This document shows positions 39,032 through 48,308 of a stretch of 64,000 bases of DNA, piece by piece. Each line of letters begins with the position of its first letter. Within the stretch, counting starts at the first letter, position 1. The stretch spans positions 8,486-72,485 of the forward strand of contig DCJD01000010.1 of assembly GCA_002317215.1 (NCBI GenBank). Reading direction: 5' to 3'. A program made the translations under genes and the position numbers. Below the pieces are notes generated by a model, which saw only the letters and a list, made by a program, of their open reading frames with translations, did no database searches and was not told where the DNA came from. This DNA is from Bacillales bacterium UBA1709 (GTDB lineage Bacteria > Bacillota_I > Bacilli_A > RFN20 > UBA1709).

Positions 39032-39146
39032 AATAGATATAAAAGACTCGCACATATTGTCCGAGTCTTTTTAATATATAAATACGTTAAAACAATATTC
39101 ATAACAATAAATAATTATTTATTGTATAATTAAGTAGGTGATATAA

Positions 39147-39926
39147 ATGAAAAAGATATTTAGAACATTATTATTAATATTAGGTTTAATAACATTATGT
39201 GGATGTGGAAGTAGTAAAGAAAGTGATTATGCAACAAATGGATCATATCAAAGCGATACGGGTGTTGTTATTGATTCTCCATTAAAACTATCTTATAAAG
39301 CATCTTATTTTTTCTATACTAATGATATTAAGAAAGATAGCAATGAAGTTACTAATAAGATAAGAGAATTAAATGGATATTATACTAGTGTAGAAACTTC
39401 TAGTTATAATACTCAATATGTTTATAAAGTTCCAACATCTAATTTAGATACTTTCTTAAACTATATGGATAGTAAAGAGGGATGTAGTAATAAAAGAGTT
39501 AGTGTTAGCGATGTAACAAGTCAATATGCATATACTCAAGCTAAAATTGACGCTTTAACAGATACCAAAGAAGCATATGAAGCTTTACTTGAAACAAGTG
39601 GAATAACTGTAACTGAAATTGCAGAAATTCAAGAAAAACTAACTGATGTTATTTCAGAACTAAATTCTATTAATCAAACTAAAGCTTATTATGATTCAAT
39701 AATTGATTATTCTGAAGTTACAATTAATTTCTATTTAGAAAGTGAATATGAAGAAAAAAGCTTTATTGCTGAGTACTTAGAAAATATAGGAGAATTCTTT
39801 GTAGGACTAGGAATTGCGATATTATATATTATCCCAATTGGTGGAAGTATTGGTGCTATCGCATTTGGTGTTACTAAGCTTGTTAAATACATTGATAAGA
39901 AATATAAACAAAAGAATTCAAAATAA
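39147..39926 (+). CDS. lipoprotein with a C-terminal TM helix (DUF4349-like)
   Basis: Lipobox ITLCGC. Central coiled coil. C-terminal hydrophobic segment. Confidence 0.4.
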   Translation: MKKIFRTLLLILGLITLCGCGSSKESDYATNGSYQSDTGVVIDSPLKLSYKASYFFYTNDIKKDSNEVTNKIRELNGYYTSVETSSYNTQYVYKVPTSNLDTFLNYMDSKEGCSNKRVSVSDVTSQYAYTQAKIDALTDTKEAYEALLETSGITVTEIAEIQEKLTDVISELNSINQTKAYYDSIIDYSEVTINFYLESEYEEKSFIAEYLENIGEFFVGLGIAILYIIPIGGSIGAIAFGVTKLVKYIDKKYKQKNSK

Positions 39927-40005
39927 ACGAAAAATAGATTAGAACAATGTTCTAATCTTTTTTATTTTGTAGTATTATTAAAGTTAAATATAGGGGGTAT
40001 TAAAA

Positions 40006-40872
40006 ATGAAAAATTTATTAGAATTAAATGAAGTTACTAAATTCTATCCTTCCTTTAAATTAGATCACGTATCTTTTGATGTGCCAAATGGAACTATTGT
40101 AGGATTTATTGGTAGAAATGGTGCTGGTAAGACTACTACATTAAAAGGGATTATGAATTTAATTCATTTCGATTACGGAACAGTAACTTGTTTTGAAAAA
40201 GACATGAAAGAACATGAACTTGATATTAAACAAGATATTGGTTTCTCATTATCAGAATTAAATTATTATCCAAATAGAACAATTGCTCAAATTGCTGATG
40301 TTACTAGCAAATTCTATAAAGAGTTTGATATGAGTAAATTTAATAGATTATGTGAGATGTTTAATTTAGATAAGAATAAGAAATTAGAAGAATTAAGCAG
40401 CGGTATGAAAGTTAAATATTCATTAGCTATTGCATTATCTCATAATGCTAAATTATTAATCTTAGATGAACCAACTAGTGGATTAGATCCAGTTAGTAGA
40501 AATGAGATATTAGATATTTTTGAATCTATTGTTAAAAAAGAAGATCGTGCTATTTTGTTCTCAACTCATATTACAAGTGATTTAGATAAAGTAGCAACTC
40601 ATATTGTATATATCCAAAAAGGAAAGATTGTATACAAAGGAACTAAGAAAGATTTCATTAATGAATATACTTTAATAAAAGGTAATAAAGATGAGATTAA
40701 TACTAATAAATCATATTTACTTGGTTATAAGATACATGGTAATGAATATGATGGTTTAGTATTAACAAGTAATATTAGTAAAGTTAAATATACTAGTAAG
40801 AAAGAACCAGACTTAGAAGAAATAATGGTTAATTTAGAAAGGGGAGTTGAAGATGAAGAATTTGATCTATAA
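40006..40872 (+). CDS. ABC transporter ATP-binding protein
   Basis: GRNGAGKTT Walker A. LSSGM signature. Confidence 0.85.
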   Translation: MKNLLELNEVTKFYPSFKLDHVSFDVPNGTIVGFIGRNGAGKTTTLKGIMNLIHFDYGTVTCFEKDMKEHELDIKQDIGFSLSELNYYPNRTIAQIADVTSKFYKEFDMSKFNRLCEMFNLDKNKKLEELSSGMKVKYSLAIALSHNAKLLILDEPTSGLDPVSRNEILDIFESIVKKEDRAILFSTHITSDLDKVATHIVYIQKGKIVYKGTKKDFINEYTLIKGNKDEINTNKSYLLGYKIHGNEYDGLVLTSNISKVKYTSKKEPDLEEIMVNLERGVEDEEFDL

Positions 40873-41539
40873 AGAACTTAAACTTGCTGTTCATCCAATT
40901 TGCTACTTACTAATAATGTGTTTCCCTTTAATGGTTTTAATTCCAAGCTATCCATTAGTAGCATCTTTTATCTATTGTGCTTCATGCTATCCAATATTAT
41001 TTTTAGGCGCTAATAAAGGACAACAAAGCAATGATTTATTATATACCGCTTTACTTCCTGTCCGTAAAAAAGATATTGTTAAAGCGCGTATTTATACCTG
41101 CGCTATATTGCTAGCTATTGCCACATTAATAACTATTATATTATTGCCTTTCTGCTCAATGACTCATGAAGCATTAAAAGCTACTGTAGAAGAACAAGGT
41201 AGTAGTGCTGACGTTGGATTAGAAGCTGGGGAATTTGGATCTATCATGGGCTTTGTATTATTCTCATTTGTGGTCTATGATGCAATATTCTTCTTATGCT
41301 ATTATAAAAACGGTAAAAGAATTGCTTTACCTACATTTGTTGGAATATTAGCTTTCACTATATTATCAATTACTCCAACAACTGTTCTTCCTTCCTCTAT
41401 ACCTGGTTATGAAGAATTATTCCATAATCCACTTGTTCAAGTGTGCATGGTTATTGGTGGACTAATGATATATGTCTTTGGACATTATCTAATATATAAG
41501 AAAGCATCTGATTTCTTAGAGAAAGTTGATTTAAATTAA
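40847..41539 (+). CDS. ABC-2 type transporter permease (partner of the preceding ATPase)
   Basis: Six-TM hydrophobic protein. It overlaps the ATPase gene. Confidence 0.6.
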   Translation: MKMKNLIYKELKLAVHPICYLLIMCFPLMVLIPSYPLVASFIYCASCYPILFLGANKGQQSNDLLYTALLPVRKKDIVKARIYTCAILLAIATLITIILLPFCSMTHEALKATVEEQGSSADVGLEAGEFGSIMGFVLFSFVVYDAIFFLCYYKNGKRIALPTFVGILAFTILSITPTTVLPSSIPGYEELFHNPLVQVCMVIGGLMIYVFGHYLIYKKASDFLEKVDLN

Positions 41540-41540
41540 T

Positions 41541-41568
41541 AGAGTAGACCTAGTCTACTCTTTTATTT
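41541..41568 (+). terminator. hairpin agagtagac-ctagtctactct plus T-run
   Basis: Inverted repeat plus TTTTATTT. Confidence 0.6.
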
Positions 41569-41608
41569 AACTCTTATGATTAAAGTGTATAAATGATATA
41601 ATTAATAT

Positions 41609-41869
41609 ATGAATGAGTTTAATATAAACGAAGCTATCGAACTTTTAAAACAAGGATATATTGTTTATAGTTTTGATAAACTAGGCAAACTAATAGTTAA
41701 TATACAAGATGATTTAATTCTTATTAAGGATAGTAATTTAACATGTAAAATGGATATTAATTCATTTATTAATTTGTATAAATCGAATAAATTCTATATT
41801 AATGATACCGATGATAATAACATAGATTTATTAAAAGATAACGAATACTATAATTTCAAACACAAATAA
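41609..41869 (+). CDS. hypothetical protein
   Basis: ORF only. No recognisable motif. Confidence 0.3.
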   Translation: MNEFNINEAIELLKQGYIVYSFDKLGKLIVNIQDDLILIKDSNLTCKMDINSFINLYKSNKFYINDTDDNNIDLLKDNEYYNFKHK

Positions 41870-41908
41870 GTTAGAAATTAAACTAAAATTAAAGTATAAT
41901 ATATATGT

Positions 41909-42409
41909 ATGAGTAAGATTAAAAAAGGTGACTATTTATATCATAAAAGAGAAGGAATTATGCTTGTTGAAGACATTACCAGCGAAACATTTGGTGATGA
42001 AGTAAAGAAATTCCTTGTTTTAAGATTACCTTATAGTTTTGAATCTATCACAATGATGGTTCCTCTTGATCAACAAGATTTATTTAGAGAACCTAGAACT
42101 CCTAAAGAAATGGATAAAGTAATTCCATCCTTTAAGTCTTATGAGAACTTATGGATAATAGATAATAAAACCAGAAAAGAATCTTTTAATACAATTATTG
42201 ATAGTGATGATACATATAAAATTCATTGTATTGCTAAAACAATACAAGAAAAAAGAAATGAATTATCTTTACTTAAAAAACCTCTTCCATTACAAGATGT
42301 TAAGATTTTAGATTTATGTTTAAAACTAATCAAAGAAGAGATTGCCTTTGCATATAAATTAGATATTAATTCAGTAGAAGATTTTATTAATACTAAACTT
42401 GGATTTTAG
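41909..42409 (+). CDS. hypothetical protein, possibly CarD/CdnL-TRCF-domain-like
   Basis: N-terminal segment IKKGDYLYHKREGIMLVEDI resembles the CarD_CdnL_TRCF start (KVGDxVVYPxHGxGxIxxIE). The size of about 165 aa fits. Confidence 0.3.
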   Translation: MSKIKKGDYLYHKREGIMLVEDITSETFGDEVKKFLVLRLPYSFESITMMVPLDQQDLFREPRTPKEMDKVIPSFKSYENLWIIDNKTRKESFNTIIDSDDTYKIHCIAKTIQEKRNELSLLKKPLPLQDVKILDLCLKLIKEEIAFAYKLDINSVEDFINTKLGF

Positions 42410-42463
42410 TTTCTAAAATTCTTTACTTTTCCCTATATAGTTAGTAAAATATATAGGCGATAT

Positions 42464-42540
42464 GGCGATAGTGGCGAAATGGTTAACGCACCTGACTGTG
42501 GATCAGGCACTCGTGAGTTCGATCCTCACCTGTCGCCCCA
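42464..42540 (+). tRNA. tRNA-His (anticodon GTG) with encoded G-1
   Basis: Manual fold: anticodon loop ctGTGga. An extra 5' G opposite discriminator C. A terminator hairpin (aaagcttgat...atcaagcttt) follows. Confidence 0.75.
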
Positions 42541-42668
42541 TTATAAAAAGAAAGCTTGATAATAATCAAGCTTTTATTTTATAAATCACATAATATCTAA
42601 TATAGTGCTTTTAATTTAAGTTATTTAAATTAAAATAAATATGTCTAGATAACAGAGGTCGATTTATT

Positions 42669-43832
42669 ATGAAAAATGAAAGTTTAGCAATTAAAAAACA
42701 TCGTGAATGGAAAGGAAAATATGATATTCACGTTAAAGCAAGTGTAGAGACTAAAGAAGATTTAGCTCTTGCTTATACCCCAGGAGTAGCTGATGCTTGT
42801 ATGGCTATTCATAACAACATTGAAGAATCCTTTAATTTAACAGGGAGAGGCAATCAAGTTGCAGTCGTTACAGATGGTACAGCAGTACTTGGTTTAGGAG
42901 ATATTGGACCAGAAGCTGGAATGCCAGTTATGGAAGGAAAAGCGGCATTATTTAAAACTTATGGTAATATTGATGCCTTCCCTTTATGCTTAAAAACTAA
43001 AGATACCGAAGAGATAATTAGAACAGTTAAATTATTAGAAGGTAACTTTGCTGGAATTAACTTAGAAGATATAAGTGCACCAAGATGTTTTGAAGTTGAA
43101 TCAAGGCTTAGAAAAGAATTAAATATCCCAGTTTTCCATGATGATCAACATGGTACTGCTATTGTATTGGGAGGTGCTTTATTAAATGCTTTAAAGATTG
43201 TTAATAAAGATATACATAATATAAAAGTTGTTGTTAATGGAGCTGGTGCTGCTGGAACAGCAATTGGTAAATATGTTATGAGTCTTGGAGTTAATGATGT
43301 AATTATGTGTGATAGAGATGGAATTATTGATCGTAATCATAATTATCCAAATCCTCACCATAATGAACTAGCTAAAATTACTAATAAAGAAAATAAAAGC
43401 GGTCTATTAAAGGATGCTTTAGTAGGAGCGGATGTATTTATTGGAGTAAGTGTTGGTAATATTGTTAATAAAGAAATGATTAAATCAATGAATCATAATT
43501 CAATAGTATTTCCACTTGCTAATCCTATTCCAGAAATTAGTTATGCTGATGCAAAAGAAGCTGGAGCTAGAATCGTTGGAACTGGATCTAGTAAAAATCC
43601 AAATCAAGTAAATAATGCTTTAGTATTTCCGGGCTTATTTAGAGGAGCTTTAGATGCAAAAGCAACTGATATAACTGATGAAATGAAAAGAGCTGTATCA
43701 TATGCTATTGCAGAATCAGTTCCTAGTGATAAGTTAAACGAAGAATATATCTTACCAGATGTTATTAATAAAGAAGTTCATAAAAATATTGCTAAGAAAG
43801 TTAAGGAAACTTGGCTTAATAATATTAAATAG
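42669..43832 (+). CDS. NAD(P)-dependent malic enzyme (short form)
   Basis: Malic enzyme motifs ([28 protein letters not shown]). Confidence 0.85.
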   Translation: MKNESLAIKKHREWKGKYDIHVKASVETKEDLALAYTPGVADACMAIHNNIEESFNLTGRGNQVAVVTDGTAVLGLGDIGPEAGMPVMEGKAALFKTYGNIDAFPLCLKTKDTEEIIRTVKLLEGNFAGINLEDISAPRCFEVESRLRKELNIPVFHDDQHGTAIVLGGALLNALKIVNKDIHNIKVVVNGAGAAGTAIGKYVMSLGVNDVIMCDRDGIIDRNHNYPNPHHNELAKITNKENKSGLLKDALVGADVFIGVSVGNIVNKEMIKSMNHNSIVFPLANPIPEISYADAKEAGARIVGTGSSKNPNQVNNALVFPGLFRGALDAKATDITDEMKRAVSYAIAESVPSDKLNEEYILPDVINKEVHKNIAKKVKETWLNNIK

Positions 43833-43839
43833 ATAAAGA

Positions 43840-43866
43840 AAAATTATAAAAATAGAGACCAAGTCT
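43840..43866. terminator. bidirectional hairpin aatagagac-caa-gtctctatt between the malic enzyme gene and ispH
   Basis: Inverted repeat flanked by A/T runs on both sides. Confidence 0.6.
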
Positions 43867-44721
43867 CTATTTTTGTTTCTTAATATATTCAACAATTTCA
43901 TTTATATCATTAATATCGCTGCTGCATCCACTGCTAATACTAATATAATCCAAATCGTTAATTTCAAAGTTTATATCATTAATACTATTAATCATATAAA
44001 CCTTTTTATTTGGATATAACCTTTTAGCTTGGTTATATAATTCAATGGTATTTGAACTTGTTTTAGATCCAATTATAAGAATAATTGTGGTTGATTTATT
44101 TATCTTTTTTAAATTTTCTAATCTTTGTTTAATTAATCCACAACTAGTATCTAATATATTTAGTTTTTTAATATTTTTCGATAAATCATTATGAGCTTTA
44201 ATTATATCTATTTCTTTTAAACTAGTTTGATTAATAACAATATATTCTTTATTTAAATCTAATTTAGAATAGTCTATTTTATTAGTAATATCATATAAAT
44301 ATACATTTGAATATGAAAGAGCAGTTAAGGTTTCTTCATGATTTTCTTTTCCAATAAATATAAGTGGGATAGAAGAATGGTAATAAGATATTAAAGTGTT
44401 ATTTCTTTCTATATTAAAACATGTTGCATCATAATAATTAATTAGTTTATTTCTTAATATTTCTTCAGCTATTTTACTATGTCCATGAGCACTAAATATA
44501 ACTACGCTATTACTATCTAACCTTTCTAATTCTTTAATATCATATTTTAAAGATTTAATATTATTATCATTTAAATATTTAACTAGATTTTCATTGTGTG
44601 CTAAAGAACCAAAAATATATATATTTTTGTCTTTTTCTATTTCTTTTACTTGGTTAACTAAATCAATAGCTTTTTTAACACCATTACAATAACCAATTGG
44701 CTTAAGTAGTTCTATTTCCAT
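43867..44721 (-). CDS. ispH: 4-hydroxy-3-methylbut-2-enyl diphosphate reductase
   Basis: IspH/LytB motifs (GYCNGVKKAI, SLAHNENLV, SSNT). Confidence 0.8.
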   Translation of the reverse strand: MEIELLKPIGYCNGVKKAIDLVNQVKEIEKDKNIYIFGSLAHNENLVKYLNDNNIKSLKYDIKELERLDSNSVVIFSAHGHSKIAEEILRNKLINYYDATCFNIERNNTLISYYHSSIPLIFIGKENHEETLTALSYSNVYLYDITNKIDYSKLDLNKEYIVINQTSLKEIDIIKAHNDLSKNIKKLNILDTSCGLIKQRLENLKKINKSTTIILIIGSKTSSNTIELYNQAKRLYPNKKVYMINSINDINFEINDLDYISISSGCSSDINDINEIVEYIKKQK

Positions 44722-44774
44722 AGTATTTCTATTTTAACATTTATTATGCTATAATTTAACCTGAGGTTTTAATT

Positions 44775-45659
44775 ATGGAAAGAAAAATAGGTATTGCTGC
44801 TGATTGTAGTAGTGGAGTTGCTTATGCTCCTTTTAAGAATAGTGTTGAAATAATGAAAACTACTATTCATTTTGGAGAAGAAGAATTATTAGATGGAGTA
44901 GATATTACTGCTGATCAATTTTATGAAAAACTAAAAAACAGTGATGTCGTTCCTTCAACAAGTGCACCTACATATCAAGTAATAGGGGAAGTTATTGAAA
45001 GTTTTAAGGCTAAAGGATATAAAGATTGTATTTTATTTACTATATCAACTGGTTTATCAACATATGGTACTAATCTAGAACAATTAAAAGATGAATTATA
45101 TGAAGGAATTAATGTTCATGTAGTTGATTCTAAAACAGCTTGCATTATGGAAGGATATCAAGCATATTATGCTGAAAAACTAGACGAATTAGGATATAGT
45201 GTTAAAGATATCTTAGAAGAAGTTAAAAAGATTCAAATGGCAACAAATGCTTACTTTGTAGTAGATGATTTAAAATATCTTGTTAAAAACGGTCGTTTAA
45301 GTAGCGCAGCTGGATTAATTGGAAGTTTAGTTCAAATTAAACCATTATTAAATCTTGGAAATGAAGATAAGATTATCACTTTTGATAAAGTAAGAACTAA
45401 GAAAGCTGCTATTATTAAAGCAATCGATTTAATTAAACAAGAAGCAATTAACGCTAAAAAGGTTATATATGTTGTCTTACACACTGGTTTAAAAGAAGAA
45501 GCTGAAGAATATGCTAAACAATTAGAATGTGAAGTAAGTAATGCTCTAAGAGTAGAAGTAACCACCATAACTCCAACTGTAGGAGCTCATATTGGTAATG
45601 GTATTATTGGTTTTGCTCGTATTATCTTAGATGATTTAAAAGAAGGTTCTTCTCTTTAA
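44775..45659 (+). CDS. DegV family fatty-acid-binding protein
   Basis: DegV-like N-terminus IGIAADCSSGV. The size fits. An extended -10 (tgcTATAAT) lies upstream. Confidence 0.8.
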   Translation: MERKIGIAADCSSGVAYAPFKNSVEIMKTTIHFGEEELLDGVDITADQFYEKLKNSDVVPSTSAPTYQVIGEVIESFKAKGYKDCILFTISTGLSTYGTNLEQLKDELYEGINVHVVDSKTACIMEGYQAYYAEKLDELGYSVKDILEEVKKIQMATNAYFVVDDLKYLVKNGRLSSAAGLIGSLVQIKPLLNLGNEDKIITFDKVRTKKAAIIKAIDLIKQEAINAKKVIYVVLHTGLKEEAEEYAKQLECEVSNALRVEVTTITPTVGAHIGNGIIGFARIILDDLKEGSSL

Positions 45660-45682
45660 TTGTTAAATATATAAGTATTAAA

Positions 45683-45710
45683 AAAGTCTCTATTATAGAG
45701 ACTTTTTATT
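45683..45710. terminator. bidirectional hairpin agtctct-attat-agagact plus T-run
   Basis: Inverted repeat plus TTTTTATTT. Confidence 0.6.
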
Positions 45711-45716
45711 TGTTTA

Positions 45717-45792
45717 TGGTGGCCCAGGCCGGGAGCGCGCCGGCGACACTCAGATTTTCAGTCTGATGCTCTACTGACTGAGCTACCGGGCC
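45717..45792 (-). tRNA. tRNA-Phe (anticodon GAA) with a non-canonical GC-rich T-loop
   Basis: Manual fold: acceptor, D-arm and anticodon arm are canonical (ctGAAaa). The T-arm reads gccgg-cgcgctc-ccggc instead of the TTCGAnT pattern. Confidence 0.65.
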
Positions 45793-45813
45793 AAGAACAA
45801 TAAACAATAAGAA

Positions 45814-45889
45814 TGGCGGTCCCGACGAGGCTCGAACTCGCGATCTCCTCCGTGACAGGGAGGCATGTTAGCCACTACACCACAAGACC
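45814..45889 (-). tRNA. tRNA-Asp (anticodon GTC)
   Basis: Manual fold: 76 nt, loop ctGTCac. Confidence 0.8.
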
Positions 45890-45894
45890 GTTTT

Positions 45895-45970
45895 TGGTTG
45901 CGGAGGTAGGACTCGGACCTACGACCTCCAGGTTATGGGCCTGACGAGCTGCCAACTGCTCTACTCCGCG
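45895..45970 (-). tRNA. initiator tRNA-fMet (anticodon CAT)
   Basis: C1:A72 mismatch. Near-identical arms to Bacillus tRNA-fMet. Confidence 0.8.
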
Positions 45971-46003
45971 ATATAGAAATAAAAATGCGCCTTAATAAAA
46001 TAA

Positions 46004-46094
46004 TGGCGGAGGCGGAGGGATTCGAACTCTCGCTAGCGTCGCCACTACTGCCGGTTTTCAAGACCAGTCCCTTCAGCCACTTGGGTACGCCTCC
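46004..46094 (-). tRNA. tRNA-Ser (anticodon TGA), type II
   Basis: Manual fold: 91 nt, loop ctTGAaa, long variable arm. Confidence 0.8.
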
Positions 46095-46109
46095 GTAATT
46101 ATATAGGGT

Positions 46110-46185
46110 TGGTGGACCCTGAAGGACTCGAACCTTCAACCGACCGGTTATGAGCCGGGAGCTCTGACCATTGCGCTAAGGGTCC
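46110..46185 (-). tRNA. tRNA-Ile2 (anticodon CAT, lysidine-type) – an elongator Met cannot be excluded
   Basis: CAT anticodon. Strongly resembles Bacillus tRNA-Ile(LAU) (GGACCCTTAGC...CTCATAACC...). Confidence 0.6.
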
Positions 46186-46192
46186 AAGTAAA

Positions 46193-46269
46193 TGGTGGCG
46201 GCAATGAGATTCGAACTCATGACCGTTCGGGTATGAACCGAGTGCTCTAGCCAACTGAGCTACACCGCC
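46193..46269 (-). tRNA. elongator tRNA-Met (anticodon CAT)
   Basis: Resembles Bacillus elongator tRNA-Met (GGCGGTGTAGCTCAG...TTCATACCC). Confidence 0.75.
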
Positions 46270-46291
46270 AATTAATACTTAATAATTTTTA

Positions 46292-46367
46292 TGGTGGAGC
46301 TGACGAGGATCGAACTCGCTACCTCCTGAATGCAAATCAGGCGCTCTCCCAGGTGAGCTACAGCCCC
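46292..46367 (-). tRNA. tRNA-Ala (anticodon TGC)
   Basis: G3:U70 identity pair. Loop ttTGCat. Confidence 0.8.
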
Positions 46368-46375
46368 ATAAAAAG

Positions 46376-46452
46376 TGGTCGGGATGACAGGATTTGAACC
46401 TGCGACACCCTGGTCCCAAACCAGGTGCACTACCAAGCTGTGCAACATCCCG
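46376..46452 (-). tRNA. tRNA-Pro (anticodon TGG)
   Basis: Manual fold: 77 nt, loop ttTGGga. Confidence 0.8.
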
Positions 46453-46462
46453 ATATTAAACT

Positions 46463-46539
46463 TGGCGCGCCCAGCAGGAGTCGAACCCGCAACCTTTGGA
46501 TTCGTAGTCCAACACTCTATCCAGTTGAGCTATAGGCGC
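46463..46539 (-). tRNA. tRNA-Arg (anticodon ACG)
   Basis: Manual fold: 77 nt, loop ctACGaa. Confidence 0.8.
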
Positions 46540-46595
46540 TTGCTCAACTATTTTACCAAACTATTGAATATTATTCAATAATTTTAAATGGTAAT

Positions 46596-46669
46596 TGGAG
46601 GTTCCTGCCGGGGTCGAACCGGCGCTCACTGAGTTGCAGTCAATTGCCTTACCACTTGGCTAAGGAACC
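46596..46669 (-). tRNA. tRNA-Cys (anticodon GCA)
   Basis: Manual fold: anticodon stem attga/tcagt, loop ctGCAac, discriminator U. Confidence 0.7.
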
Positions 46670-46809
46670 AGCCTTTATATAATACCAAATTTAAATAAAT
46701 TATTCAATTATTACTTGGCCATATTATTTTAATACATAAGTAGCAAGAATGCTATTGTTTAATTGATTTTTTAATTCTTTATAATAAAATTATAAAGAGG
46801 TATTTTACT

Positions 46810-48306
46810 ATGGAAGAGAAATTAACAGATCAAGAACTCGCTAGAAGAGTTAAAATGGATAAGATTAAGGAACTAGGAATAGATCCTTTTGGCCATGCTT
46901 ATGAACAAAAAGATTGGTCAATGGATATTAGAAATAAAGTTGCTAATAAGACTCATGAAGAAGTTGAAGCAATGGATATGAATGTCAGTGTTGCTGGAAG
47001 AATCATGTTTATTAGAAAAATGGGAAAAGCTAGTTTCTTTAGTATTCAAGATAAACAAGGAAAGATTCAAATCTATATCTCAGTAAATGATATTGGAGAA
47101 GATTCTTATAATTTATTTAAGAGCGCTGATGTTGGAGATATTGTTGGAGTTAAAGGAAAAGTTATGTTAACTCAAACATTAGAACCAACTATTAAATGTT
47201 TAGAATATACTCATTTATCAAAAGCATTAAGACCTTTACCAGAGAAATTCCATGGATTAACTGATAAAGAAGAAAGATATAGAAGAAGATATGTTGACTT
47301 AATCATGAATGAAGAAGCTAAAAGAGTTGCTATTCTAAGACCTAGAATTATTAGAGAAATGCAAAGATATTTTGATTCTTTAGGTTTTATGGAAGTAGAA
47401 ACTCCAGTTCTTCAATCAATTCAAGGCGGAGCAACTGCTAAACCATTTATTACCCATCATAATGCATTAGATAAAGATTTCTATTTAAGAATAGCTACTG
47501 AATTGCCATTAAAAAGATTAATAGTTGGTGGAATGGAAAGAGTATATGAATTTGGTAGATTATTTAGAAATGAAGGAATGGATTTAACTCATAATCCAGA
47601 ATTTACTACTGTTGAATTATATGAAGCTTATGGTGATTTAAATTCGATGATGAGAATCACTGAAGGAGTTATTAAAGATTTAGCTGAAAAAGTCATTGGA
47701 AAAGATAAATTTAAGAATATCTTTGATGTAGAAGGCGAAGAAATTGATCTAACTAAGCCATTTAATAAGATTTCAATGACAGATGCAATTAAAAAGGAAA
47801 CCGGAATTGATTTTAAAGCTAATAATTATTCTTTAGAAGAAGCAACTAAATTGGCAAAAGAACATGATATAACTGTTGAAAAACATTTTACTGTTGGTCA
47901 TATCATTAATGCTTTCTTTGAAAAATATTGTGAAGAAAAATTAATTCAACCAACTTTCTTAACTTCTCATCCAATTGAGATTAGTCCATTAACTAAAAAA
48001 GATGAAAACGATCCTAGATTTGTCCAAAGATTCGAATTATTTATTGGAGGACACGAATTTGCTAATGCTTATACCGAATTAAATGATCCTATCGATCAAA
48101 AGCAAAGATTCTTAGATCAATTAAAAGAAAGAGAATCTGGAAATGATGAAGCTAACCAATTAGATAGTGATTTTGTTGAAGCATTAGAATATGGAATGCC
48201 TCCAACTGGTGGAGTTGGAATTGGAATTGATAGACTTGTTATGTTATTAACTGAACAAGTATCTATAAGAGAAGTAATTCTTTTCCCACATATGAAAGAT
48301 AGATAA
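46810..48306 (+). CDS. lysS: lysine--tRNA ligase (class II)
   Basis: Class II LysRS motifs and size. Confidence 0.9.
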   Translation: MEEKLTDQELARRVKMDKIKELGIDPFGHAYEQKDWSMDIRNKVANKTHEEVEAMDMNVSVAGRIMFIRKMGKASFFSIQDKQGKIQIYISVNDIGEDSYNLFKSADVGDIVGVKGKVMLTQTLEPTIKCLEYTHLSKALRPLPEKFHGLTDKEERYRRRYVDLIMNEEAKRVAILRPRIIREMQRYFDSLGFMEVETPVLQSIQGGATAKPFITHHNALDKDFYLRIATELPLKRLIVGGMERVYEFGRLFRNEGMDLTHNPEFTTVELYEAYGDLNSMMRITEGVIKDLAEKVIGKDKFKNIFDVEGEEIDLTKPFNKISMTDAIKKETGIDFKANNYSLEEATKLAKEHDITVEKHFTVGHIINAFFEKYCEEKLIQPTFLTSHPIEISPLTKKDENDPRFVQRFELFIGGHEFANAYTELNDPIDQKQRFLDQLKERESGNDEANQLDSDFVEALEYGMPPTGGVGIGIDRLVMLLTEQVSIREVILFPHMKDR

Positions 48307-48308
48307 TT

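Noticed and set aside
41609-42409. The two adjacent hypothetical ORFs as a toxin-antitoxin pair
   Set aside because: Neither has a recognisable TA fold or motif. The second looks more like a CarD-like protein. The sizes (86 and 166 aa) and the 40-nt gap are uninformative.
45933-46581. Two 68-aa ORFs (45933..46139 minus, 46375..46581 plus) in the ORF track
   Set aside because: Both are fully covered by the tRNA array (fMet/Ser/Ile and Pro/Arg genes). They are spurious reading frames across GC-rich tRNA sequence.
46670-46809. T-box riboswitch upstream of lysS (and upstream of proS)
   Set aside because: The lysS upstream region is only about 140 nt, AT-rich, and shows no specifier-loop or T-box motif (AATTAGGGTGGNACCGCG-like). 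proS has essentially no 5' intergenic region (5 nt).
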